64,000 nucleotides of DNA from assembly GCA_965214705.1 (NCBI GenBank), contig OZ243972.1, positions 3,136,001-3,200,000 of the forward strand, given 5' to 3'. Both the position numbers and the translations under genes were made by a program. This DNA is from Alphaproteobacteria bacterium (GTDB taxonomy: Bacteria; Pseudomonadota; Alphaproteobacteria; UBA828). Shown piece by piece: positions 1-9,584 of this stretch (the first letter of the stretch is position 1; each line of letters opens with the position of its first letter). The notes under the pieces were generated by a model. That model ran no database searches. It saw nothing but the letters and a program-made list of their open reading frames with translations, and was not told where the DNA came from.

Positions 1-624
1 AAGGGAGACGGACGCGGTGACCGCATCGGGCGGTATGCCCTGGGTTTCACGGATGCTGGCCAGCGTCTCCGGGGCGACGCTCTCCCAGTGCTCATGCATG
101 CTCAGGGCCAGGCGCTGCAGCGTGCTCACCGACGGCGTCATTCCGCCCATTTTCGCGAAGAACTCCTCCGCTTCACGCGGCGTACAGTGGCCCATCATCA
201 TCAGCCCGAGCTGCGCCGCCGGCCGCGTCAGGTAGTCGTCGATGAGGCCCAGGCTCTCGTCCACCGGCACCAGCGACGTGCTGCTCGCGCCGCTGCGATA
301 GCGCGCACGCCGATAGGTCACGGGACCGAGCGTCGTCATGATCGTCTTCGGCGTCGCCGCCACCCGGACCCAGCTCTGTCCGTCGCGCTCGATCCGGCTC
401 GCACCGTCGTCGCGGCTCTCGGCGAAGGCCCCAAGGAGCTTGCAACCCAAGCCGTTCATGGCGTCCCGCAGCCCCGTCTCAACCGTTTCGAACGTCTCGG
501 CAGACGGGTCAGACCCAGCCTGTTCGCGACAGAACTCCACCACCTGGGCGACCGCTTCGGCGACTTCGGCAGGCAGGCCCAAAAGGTCGATGGACGAGGC
601 GATGAGAGACTGCGACACTGGCAT
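1..624 (-). CDS. ISKra4/ISLre2-like transposase, N-terminal part (runs off the window edge)
   Basis: Hand-translated open frame from ATG 624: MPVSQSLIAS...KTIMTTLGPVTYRRARYR...LVPVDESLGL...PSVSTLQRL. The T-x-x-G-x-V-x-Y-x-R-x-x-Y and PxDxxLGL motifs are typical of this family. Absent from the ORF track because no stop lies in the window. Confidence 0.65.
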   Translation of the reverse strand, partial: MPVSQSLIASSIDLLGLPAEVAEAVAQVVEFCREQAGSDPSAETFETVETGLRDAMNGLGCKLLGAFAESRDDGASRIERDGQSWVRVAATPKTIMTTLGPVTYRRARYRSGASSTSLVPVDESLGLIDDYLTRPAAQLGLMMMGHCTPREAEEFFAKMGGMTPSVSTLQRLALSMHEHWESVAPETLASIRETQGIPPDAVTASVSL

Positions 625-848
625 GGGAACGCTCCTGATGTTGGGTCTGATGTTGGGTTGTCGGCGCGGCATCCTACCGCATCTCGCGGTGCGGAGCGTT
701 CCCACCCACCACTGCTGGATGCCGCCGTTGTGACAAAATCCGGCCCTGCACCGGCCGATTGTCACGAAAACCCGATTCTGGCTGCCTACGGCCACCCGCC
801 AATCGCGCTAAATCAATGACTTACGATCGCCATGCCAGACCTACACCC
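1..848 (-). mobile_element. IS element (ISKra4-like) interrupting a GMC oxidoreductase; one end near 848
   Basis: GMC coding frame begins abruptly at about 848, next to the putative end GGGTGTAGGTCTGGCATG (minus strand). The other end is outside the window. Confidence 0.55.
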
Positions 849-1747
849 TGGACGAGAACGGGAGGGCCAACGGAGCAAGGTATTTCCGAAACGGCAGGCA
901 ACGATCCATCGCGGCATCGCGGGTCATTGTCGCGTGCAACGGAATTGGCACGCCGCGCCTGCTGTTGTTGTCGAAGTCTGAACGCTTTCCCAATGGCCTG
1001 GCGAATTCGTCCGGCTTGGTAGGTAAGCGACTCATGACGCACCCGTACGGCACGGCTATCGGAATCTACGATGAGTTCCTCGAGGACTGGCTCGGACCCG
1101 TTGGCGAGATGGTCCAGTCGCTCGAGTTCTACGAGACGGATGCCAGCCGCGGCTTCGTACGCGGCGCAAAGTGGCACATCATGGCAACCGGCGGGCCCAT
1201 GCAGAGCGTGGGCAGAATGAAGGTGGATATGGAGTGGCCCGACGACTTCTGGGGCGAGAATTTTTGCAAGACCATGAAGGAGGCAATCGGCCACATCATC
1301 GAGTGGTGTGTCGTGCCCGAGGATCTCCCCGAAGAAACGAATTGCGTGACCCTGGACCCGGTGCTCAAAGATACGGATGGTCTTCCGGCGGCTAAGGTTC
1401 GCTACAAGCTGTCGAACAACACGCAGAACCTATTGGACTTTCATCTGAAGAAGGCGCTCGAATTGCATCGCGCGTCGGGCGCCAAGAAAGCCTGGATCAA
1501 TGGTCGGGCGTTCGCGTCCGGACACAATATGGGTACGACCAAGATGGGCGACGATCCGTGCACGTCGGTGGTGAACGGATTCGGACAGACGCATGACGTC
1601 CCCAATCTCTATATCGTCGACGGCAGCGTTTTCACGACGTCAACCGGCGTGAATCCCACGGCGACGATATGCGCCATTGCGAAGCGTACCGCGACCCATA
1701 TCGCAGACAGCGCCCGGAAAGACACGACAGGAGTCGCGCATGGCTGA
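848..1747 (+). pseudogene. GMC family (choline/gluconate dehydrogenase-like) oxidoreductase, C-terminal part
   Basis: In-frame LDENGRANGARYF...VIVACNGIGTPRLLLLS...LANSSGLVGKRLMTHP...HNMGTTKMG...VPNLYIVDGSVF...GVNPTATI. The N-terminal FAD-binding motif is missing. Confidence 0.85.
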
Positions 1748-2192
1748 AACCGTCGAGAGCCTGGCCGACTCGCTGTGGAGGCAACGGCTGGCGGCCTTTG
1801 CCGACGCTCTCATACCGGGCGATGCCGGCATGCCCTCTGCCAGCGCAGCCGGTGTCCACAAAGCTGGGATCGACAGGGCGCTCGCCTGCAGGCCGGACCT
1901 ACGGGAACTGGTCACTGGCGTGATCGGCGTCGACGCAGAACCTTGCGAGGCGCTGGATCGGCTGCAGGCGGAGGAGCCCGGTGTCTTCGACCGGTTCGCC
2001 GTCACCATCGCCGGAATCTATTTCATGAATCCAAACGTCCGTCGATTGGTGGGATATCCCGGCGATGCTCCACAGCGCAAGCGAGCCAAGCCGGGCGAGG
2101 CGGAAGAGTATCTGAAAGACGGCATTCTGGACCCTGTCATCGAACGTGGACCCATCTATCGCCCGACGCCGACGCGACTTGCCGGGGGCTGA
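1740..2192 (+). CDS. Gluconate 2-dehydrogenase subunit 3-like accessory protein
   Basis: ADALIPGDAGMPSASAAGV...YFMNPNVRRLVGYPG; overlaps the GMC stop, the usual pairing. Confidence 0.7.
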   Translation: MAETVESLADSLWRQRLAAFADALIPGDAGMPSASAAGVHKAGIDRALACRPDLRELVTGVIGVDAEPCEALDRLQAEEPGVFDRFAVTIAGIYFMNPNVRRLVGYPGDAPQRKRAKPGEAEEYLKDGILDPVIERGPIYRPTPTRLAGG

Positions 2193-2418
2193 AGGTCCGC
2201 TGGCCCGAACGAGAATGGCTGTCGACATTGGCTGGTCGTCCCTGCGTCACGCCCGCCATCTGATACGGAGGAGTGAAGAGTCGGTCAGTGAACGTGGTGG
2301 TGGAACTCTTCGATTCACGCGGTAGGGCGCGCACTAACCGGTCTCTCCGGCCGACTCTGCCGACCGTCGGCCTTCACGAGCATCGACTTCTTATCGGCGG
2401 GACGGGCGGGAGCCGATC

Positions 2419-3189
2419 ATGAACATACTGGTCCTGCTGCGTCTGACGCCCGACCCGGCAAGCGAATTCGAGATCCTTCAGGACGGTACCGGTATCGACT
2501 ACGAGTGGGTGGACTACAAGATGAACGAATTCGACGAGCACGCGCTCGAGGAAGCGATCCTGCTCAAAGAAGCCTGTGGCGCTCGGGTATCGGTCATCGG
2601 CACGGGAGAGGGGACGGTCCGCGCCCTGCAGATGGCGGCGGCGCGTGGCGCCGACGACGTCTTTCTGCTCGAATACGAAGGCGATTCCTTCCTGAATTCG
2701 AGGCGGCTGGCCGCGAACCTGGCCGAATGGGTACGGGAGAACGACGTCGATCTCATCCTTAGTGGCGTACTGGCCGGAGAGGATCTCTTCGGCCAGTTCG
2801 TGCCTTTCGTGGGAGCCGCGCTGGACTGGCCGCACGTTTCCGGCTCGAGCCGACTGTCGCTCTCCGGCGATACCTTGTCCGTAGCCGTCGAAATCGGCGG
2901 TGGCGCCGTCGCGAACTACAGCATGTCATTGCCTGCCGTTATCGGCGTGCAAACGGCGTCGAGGGCACTGCGCTATGTGACGGGCAGCATGCTGAAGGAG
3001 GCCATGACGGTTCCGATCGGAACCGTGGATCCCATCGACGACATCGTGCATGCGGATGTCGAAATCGCATCGGTGACTCTGCCGCCTCAAGCCAACGCCG
3101 AAATCCTGGGTGAGGATGCCGCGGATGCTGCCGATAAAGTGGCGCGTATCCTCGCAGACGTCGGTCTAATCGGGGGGAAGCCGCAATGA
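2419..3189 (+). CDS. etfB: Electron transfer flavoprotein beta subunit
   Basis: MNEFDEHALEEAILLKE, GADD, DLILSG motifs. Confidence 0.9.
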   Translation: MNILVLLRLTPDPASEFEILQDGTGIDYEWVDYKMNEFDEHALEEAILLKEACGARVSVIGTGEGTVRALQMAAARGADDVFLLEYEGDSFLNSRRLAANLAEWVRENDVDLILSGVLAGEDLFGQFVPFVGAALDWPHVSGSSRLSLSGDTLSVAVEIGGGAVANYSMSLPAVIGVQTASRALRYVTGSMLKEAMTVPIGTVDPIDDIVHADVEIASVTLPPQANAEILGEDAADAADKVARILADVGLIGGKPQ

Positions 3190-4154
3190 AACTTCTTGTT
3201 TGCGCGGAAGCACGCTCGGGTGAGCTTGATCGGGTTAGCCTGGAGTTGCTGCAGGCCGCGCGGGGTATTGCTCGGAACGGCGATGAAGTGACGGCTCTGG
3301 TTGTTGCCGATGGAGGACACTCTGCTGCACAGCACCTCGGCGCGGTGGACCGGCTGATTTTGGCGCTAGACCCGGCGCTTGCCAAACCCACTGCGGAGGC
3401 ATATCGGCGCATTCTCTGCGATGTCACGGCGAGGTATCGGCCGGATCTCGTGCTGATTGCCTATTCGACGACCGGCCTCGGCATCTCCGCAGATCTGGCG
3501 TTTCGGGCGGACCTTCCGCTCGTCGCGTATGTGATCGACCTGCAACGCTCCGAGCAATCGATTTCAGCCACCGCCCAGGTTCACGGCGGCAAGTTACTCG
3601 CCAATGTGAAGATTAGCGGACCGGCTATCGTGCTGATCAATCCGGGAGCCTTCGAGGAGATCGCTTCCTGGCAGGTCGACCCTGCGTCGATCATCGACTA
3701 CGATCCGAAAGCGGATCTCGTAGACCTTAGGGTTCGTCTGACGGGAGAAGAGCCGCCGGAGCCCGCTGGATCGAACGTCGTCGATCTCTCAGCTGCCGAG
3801 TGTATCGTTTGTGTTGGCCGAGGCATCGGCGACGAGCACGGCATTCCGGAGCTCCGCAGACTGGCCGTTCTCCTGAATGCCGAGCTCGCCGGCAGCCGAC
3901 CGATCATCGACAATGGCTGGCTTCCGAAACATCTCCAGGTCGGCAAGTCGGGCCGCAAGGTCAAGCCGCGACTCTATCTCGCTCTCGGCATTTCCGGTGC
4001 CCCGGAGCATTTGGAGGGCATGGTGCGATCCGATCTGATCATCGCCGTCAACACTGATCCGCAAGCTCCCATCTTCGGTGTCGCGCATTATGGCGCGGTT
4101 TGCGATGTTCACGGCTTTGCCGCTGCCCTAAGCAGTCGCCTCGAGGACGGGTAA
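3186..4154 (+). CDS. etfA: Electron transfer flavoprotein alpha subunit
   Basis: GRGIG, GSRPIID, QVGKSG..VKPRLYLALGISGAPEHLEGM, AVNTDPQAPIF; ATGA overlap with etfB. Confidence 0.92.
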   Translation: MKLLVCAEARSGELDRVSLELLQAARGIARNGDEVTALVVADGGHSAAQHLGAVDRLILALDPALAKPTAEAYRRILCDVTARYRPDLVLIAYSTTGLGISADLAFRADLPLVAYVIDLQRSEQSISATAQVHGGKLLANVKISGPAIVLINPGAFEEIASWQVDPASIIDYDPKADLVDLRVRLTGEEPPEPAGSNVVDLSAAECIVCVGRGIGDEHGIPELRRLAVLLNAELAGSRPIIDNGWLPKHLQVGKSGRKVKPRLYLALGISGAPEHLEGMVRSDLIIAVNTDPQAPIFGVAHYGAVCDVHGFAAALSSRLEDG

Positions 4155-4394
4155 GAGCAACCGGCAATCGATGATGGCGTTGCTCTCCGCGGTGGCATGA
4201 AGGAGAACCATCGTGTGGGACAAGACCACGGTCCTCTCGATCGTCACCGCGGTGAGTGTCGGGATTTTCCTGGCTCGCTTCTACCGGATTTTGCGGCCGC
4301 TGTTCCTCGCCCCGGCCGAATCGCGTTTCGACCGGGCGGGAGAACGTCTCGCGGGCGTGGCCGTTGCGGTCGGCCTGCATCGCCGCTTGCTCAG

Positions 4395-5896
4395 GAGCCA
4401 CTTGCAAAATTCCGCATTTGAGCGGGATTTTGCCGCCGTGGCGGTCAGATTGTCCTGGAAATCGGGACCGCTCTCTGTTCCTGTCGGGTTTCGGACAACG
4501 TCGACGGAGAGGGCGGCCCCATGTCGCTGGGACAGACACTATCCGGATTCTGGCATCACATTCAAGCGGATCTTTTCCCGTGGCTTGAGGAGGAGCTCGG
4601 GCCGCTCGGCGAGAGGTACCGGCGCTTCGTCACCGTGCTTGAGCTTGCGCGGGTCGAGAGCTTCCTTCCCCATTTCCATGGCCTGCCCGGTCGGCCGGTC
4701 GAGGATCGGGCGGCCTTGGCCCGCGCCTTCATCGCCAAGGCGGTGTTCGACGTACCCACGACGCGCGCCCTGATCGAGCGCCTTGAGAACGACAAGACGC
4801 TACGCCGTCTCTGCGGCTGGACCTATGCCGCAGAGATCCCGAGCGAGGCGACGTTTTCGCGGGCGTTTGCGGAGTTCTCCGAGAGTGCGTTGCCCGCTCG
4901 CGTGCATGAGGCGCTGATCAAGCAGACCCTCGGAGACCATCTGGTCGGGCACGTCTCGCGCGACTCGACGGCGATCGAGGCGCGCGAGAAGCCTCAGCCC
5001 AAGCCCAAGGCGGAGAAGCCGAAGCGCAAGCGCGGCCGCCCGCGCAAGGGCGAGGAGCGGCCCAAGGAGGAGCGCCGCGTGAAACGCCAGCTCACGATGA
5101 GCTTGCCCCAGATGCTCGACGACCTGCCGAAAGCCTGCGACGTCGGCACCAAGCGCAACGCCAGGGGCCATACCACATCGTGGATCGGTTACAAGCTGCA
5201 CATCGACGCCGCCGATGGCGGCATTCCGATCAGTTGCATCCTGACGTCCGCCTCGCTGCACGACAGCCAGGCCGCGATCCCGCTGGCGAGTATGACCGCC
5301 GACCGCGTCACCAATCTGTACGACCTCATGGACTCAGCCTATGACGCGCCCGAGATCGGCTGGCACAGCTACCTGCTGGGCCACGTCCCGATCATCGACG
5401 TCAACCCTCGCGACAAGGAGTACAAGGAGGAGCTGGCGCGCGAGGCCAGGGCGCAGAGAGGCGTCGGTCACCGCCACCCGGCGGACGAGCGCTACAACGA
5501 GCGCTCGAACATCGAGCGCATCAACGGTGGGCTGAAGGACAACTGCGGGGGCCGCCATGTCCGCGTGTGCGGCCATGCCAAGGTTCATTGCCACCTGATG
5601 TTCGGCATCCTGGTGCTGACGGTCGACCAGCTGATGCGCCTCCTGGCCTGAGCGGCGCCTCCGTCGCTGTCACGCCGGCACGCCTCCCTCCGCGGAGGCG
5701 CAAAAAGCCATGTCCGCATCGCGACGGCGGGTCCAAAATGCGCCCGCATGGGCATCGGTTTGCGGCGAATCGGCGCCCCGGCGGCAGCCAGCGACGTCCG
5801 CTCGTCCCGAAGTTCATGTTACGTTCCGACCGTCAATGTCCTCACGCCGGGCTCTCGGGAAAAGCAGACCGCGCCTGGGAGTTTTGCAAGTGGCTC
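4395..5896 (+). mobile_element. IS5/IS1182-like insertion sequence
   Basis: Terminal IRs GAGCCACTTGCAAAA / TTTTGCAAGTGGCTC; 4-bp target duplication TCAG (4391-4394, 5897-5900). Confidence 0.9.
4521..5651 (+). CDS. DDE transposase (DUF772 + DDE_Tnp_1-like)
   Basis: PSEATFSR, DSTAI, GYKLH, MDSAYD, RSNIERING motifs. Confidence 0.9.
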   Translation: MSLGQTLSGFWHHIQADLFPWLEEELGPLGERYRRFVTVLELARVESFLPHFHGLPGRPVEDRAALARAFIAKAVFDVPTTRALIERLENDKTLRRLCGWTYAAEIPSEATFSRAFAEFSESALPARVHEALIKQTLGDHLVGHVSRDSTAIEAREKPQPKPKAEKPKRKRGRPRKGEERPKEERRVKRQLTMSLPQMLDDLPKACDVGTKRNARGHTTSWIGYKLHIDAADGGIPISCILTSASLHDSQAAIPLASMTADRVTNLYDLMDSAYDAPEIGWHSYLLGHVPIIDVNPRDKEYKEELAREARAQRGVGHRHPADERYNERSNIERINGGLKDNCGGRHVRVCGHAKVHCHLMFGILVLTVDQLMRLLA

Positions 5897-7695
5897 TCAG
5901 GATACGCTTTGGCGGGGCGCTTCACGCCTTCATATTCACCAGTTTCCTCGTCCTTTTTACCGCCATCGTGGAATCGTTCGGGTCGGGTCTCTTCCCCGGC
6001 TTCTCACTGGCACCGATCGGGGGCGACAACTGGATCGCCGTCTTGCAGGACTTGTTTGCGGTGCTTCTGCTCGTCGTCATCCTGTTGGCGGCACACCAGC
6101 GCCTGATCCTGCGCTTGCCGCGCTTCGGCGGGTCGAACACGACCGACGCCGTCGTGATCTACGGCCTCGTAGTTGCAATCGTCGTCTCCATGATCCTGGA
6201 ATTTGCCGGCGGCATTGCGGCCGGCGGCAACGCATCCGCAGCTTGGCGACCGCTGAGCAGTGCCGTCGCCTCGCTCCTGACCGCCGCCGGCGCGTCGGGG
6301 GAGGCGGCCGTTCGCCTGGAGGAAGCGGCCTATTGGCTGCACGTCGCGGCGATCCTCGTTTTCCTCATCTATATCCCCGGGTCCAAGCACCGGCACATGT
6401 TTCTTGCGGCACCGAACGTCTACTTTCGCAACCTGAAGCCGAATGGCGTTCTGCCGCCGCCGCCGCCGGAGCGAGAGACGGCCGGTGTCGCGCGCATCGA
6501 CCAGTTTTCCTGGAAGAGCGTGCTGGACCTTTATAGCTGTACCGAGTGCGGTCGCTGTCAGGCAGTGTGCCCGGCTCATGCCTCCGGATTGCCCCTCAGC
6601 CCGAAGCTGCTCGTCATGGACCTGCGCGACCATCTCCGCGAAGGCACCGGGAGCAAGGACGGCGATCGTGCCCTGCTGGGGTCGGTCATATCGGAGGAAA
6701 CGCTGTGGGCGTGCACCACCTGCCGGGCATGCATGGAGGCCTGCCCGATCCACATTGAGCACGTCCCCAAAATCGTAGACATGCGCCGCCAGCTGGTCGA
6801 CGAGGCCAGGCTGGAGCCATTACTTCAGGAATCGCTGTCCAATCTGCAGCGGTCGGGCAATGCACTGGGCAAGCCCGCGAAGATGCGGGCCAGGTGGACG
6901 AGAGAACTGCCATTCAAGGTCAAGGACGCGCGCAGGGAGCCGGTCGACGTGCTGTGGTTCGTCGGAGATTTCGCTTCATACGATCCGCGCGCGCAGCGGA
7001 TCACCGTGGAGGTGGCCCGCATGCTCGTTGCCGCCGGGGTCGATTTTGGCATTCTTTATGACGCCGAGCACAACAGCGGCAACGACGTGCGGCGTGTCGG
7101 CGAGGAGGGGCTCTTCGAGATGCTCGCGCGCCACAATATCGAAGCGCTCGCCGGCTGCAGCTTCAATCGGATCATGACGACGGACCCCCACAGCCTCAAT
7201 GCATTGCGTCAGGAGTACGCGCTCTATGGAGCCGTCTACCAGGTCGTGCATTACACCGAACTTCTCGTGGAACTCCTGGACGACAACAGGCTCGTTCTAG
7301 AGAAGGCGGCCGGCGAGGTAGTGACCTATCACGACCCCTGCTATCTGGGGCGCTACAACGGCGGCTTCGACGCTCCGCGAGCCATCATCGAGCGGGCCGG
7401 CTACACCCTGCGGGAGATGGGCCGTTGCCGCGAGAACAGCTTTTGCTGCGGTGCCGGGGGCGGTCGCATATGGAGCGACGACAGCGGCGTCGCCGAGCGA
7501 CCGAGCGAGAACCGGATCATGGAAGCGCTCGCTTTGGGCGATGCCAGGGCCTTCGTTGTCGCCTGCCCGAAGGATACGGTCATGTACACGGCCGCGGTCC
7601 AGGCTCTGGGGGTGGAAGACCGAATCGTGGTCCGCGATGTGATCGACCTGATGGAGATTACCCAGCCGAAAAAGCCATTGTAATGCGGCTTGAAT

Positions 7696-7980
7696 CAGCT
7701 CGAAGCGCTGACCATAGCCGACCACGTGGCAATCATGCACCAGGGCGGGCTGCAGCAGGTGTGATCGTCCGAGGACGTCTACCGCCGCCCGGCCAACCGC
7801 TTCGTCGCCGCCTTCGTCGGCGAGCCGCCCGTGAATGTCATCCGGGCCACGGGTAGCGCCGGGCTCAGGATGCGCGAAGGCGAGATCGTGCGGCTCCACC
7901 CGAGAGCGGACCGCATTCGCTTCTTCGATGCGGCCACCGGCGTGGCAGTCGGGCAATCGGTAGGCTCCGGCGCTGACTGA
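7696..7980 (+). pseudogene. Remnant of a sugar ABC ATPase (MalK/UgpC-like) C-terminus
   Basis: Hand translation [46 protein letters not shown]; internal stop, no Walker A. Confidence 0.7.
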
Positions 7981-8004
7981 ACAACGAAGAGAAGGGACAT
8001 CTCA

Positions 8005-8976
8005 ATGGCGCAGAAGATTATCATCGATACCGACATCGGCACCTACTACGACGATGCGCTCGCCGTCTCCGTCGGCTGCCAGTCGCCGGAGCTGGACCTG
8101 CTGGGCGTCACCACCGTCTATGGCGACACTCACCTGCGCTCGCGGATTGCGCGCAAGGTGCTCGACGTGAACGGCCGGCCCGACGTGCCGGTCGCCCGCG
8201 GCGTGGGTCAGCCGCTCGGCGGCAACTACCTGATGTTCGGCTTCGAGGGCGAAGGCATCCTCGAGGAAGGCGACGGCGATCTCGCCTATCTCGACGAGCC
8301 GGCGCCCAACTTCATCATCCGCAACATCATGGAGAACCCGGGCGAGGTCACGGTGGTCACGCTCGGCGCCGTCAGCAACATGGCGGTCGCCTACGTCCTG
8401 GAGCCGGCGATCAGGGAGAACATCAAGGAACTGATCATGATGGCCGGCGTGATCGTGCCCATCGTGGACGAGAAGGGGATCCGCCGCTCGCCGGTCGAGG
8501 AATACAACTTCAACAACGACCCCGTGGCGGCCCAGATCGTCTGCAACTCAGGGCTACCGATGGTGCTCTGCCCCATCGACGTGACGCTCAAGGTGCCGCT
8601 ACGCGACGACCAGCTCGCGACCATCAACGCCTCCGACCGACCGGTCGCGCAGATGGTGAGCCGCATCCTCGCGGTCTGGCCGCCGCAGGAGCGCCAGATC
8701 TACCTCTCGGTGGGCATCCCTACGGAGCACACCGGCCTCTGGCTACACGACCCGCTGGCGGTGACGCTGGCCCACGACAAGTCCTACTGCGAGATGACCC
8801 GGCTGCACATTTCGGCCGAGTTCGCGCCGACGCCAATCGACCGCGACCTCATCGTTCGGAACGACATCCTGCGCACCATCCCGCGCAAGCTGGAGCCCAA
8901 CATGGATGCCTGCGTGGATGTGGACGCCGACCGCTTCACGGCCTTCTTCACGGAGCGGATCGCCAAGGGCGCCTGA
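8005..8976 (+). CDS. Nucleoside hydrolase (IU-NH family)
   Basis: IIDTDIGTYYDDALA Asp cluster, EYNFNNDP, LHDPLA. Confidence 0.9.
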   Translation: MAQKIIIDTDIGTYYDDALAVSVGCQSPELDLLGVTTVYGDTHLRSRIARKVLDVNGRPDVPVARGVGQPLGGNYLMFGFEGEGILEEGDGDLAYLDEPAPNFIIRNIMENPGEVTVVTLGAVSNMAVAYVLEPAIRENIKELIMMAGVIVPIVDEKGIRRSPVEEYNFNNDPVAAQIVCNSGLPMVLCPIDVTLKVPLRDDQLATINASDRPVAQMVSRILAVWPPQERQIYLSVGIPTEHTGLWLHDPLAVTLAHDKSYCEMTRLHISAEFAPTPIDRDLIVRNDILRTIPRKLEPNMDACVDVDADRFTAFFTERIAKGA

Positions 8977-9265
8977 GCGGCGTTCGACAGGTGCGGTTGC
9001 ACGGTCCTCGCCGACCCATGCTCCTCTCCAGGATGCCAAGTTGCCCTTGCCCAGGACGGCGGTCGGCTGGATCACGGCCATGATCGTGATCGACCGGCGA
9101 TCACGATGGCCTGGAGTTGGTGATTGCCCAGTCTCCTCGCGAGTGTTCGGCGCGCGTGTTGGACGCCGATCGGCGTAGTAAGGCATTGATTCGCCCTGAT
9201 TCGGAGGGGTCAAACGCCGCCGCCGAATAACAGTAACTAGGGGAGGAGCTCGGTAACGATCCCTC

Positions 9266-9517
9266 CTACCCGGCCATGTCCATGATGTCTGCGACCGATC
9301 GCCCAATCCGTTCGGCGGCAGCCTCGATTTCCCGGTCGCCGAGATGGGCGTAGCGCAGCGTCATGCGGACGTTGGAGTGACCCAGCATCCGTGAGACGAC
9401 CGGCACCGGGACGCCGTTCATCACCGCGTGGCTCGCATGGGTATGACGAAGATCGTGAAGGCGGACATCCTCGATTCCGGCCTCGCGGCGAACCCGCCAG
9501 CTCGCCGGCACGACCAT
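9266..9517 (-). pseudogene. Tyrosine recombinase C-terminal fragment
   Basis: LHDLRHTHAS...LGHSNVRMTLRYAH (HxxR, LGH, Y); N-terminal part absent. Confidence 0.8.
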
Positions 9518-9584
9518 CGCGCGGGTGTTGGATGGTAGGAAGTCAGTTCATACGGCTGATTCAAACCCAACTTCAACAGAGGGC

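Larger units (their letters stand above)
4213..7683 (+). pseudogene. Membrane Fe-S oxidoreductase (FadF/HdrD-like, 4Fe-4S + CCG domains) split by an IS
   Basis: Removing 4395-5900 rejoins RRLLR|IRFGGALHAFIF. Motifs CTECGRCQAVCP, CTTCRACMEACP, YHDPCYLGR, CCGAGGG. Confidence 0.88.
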
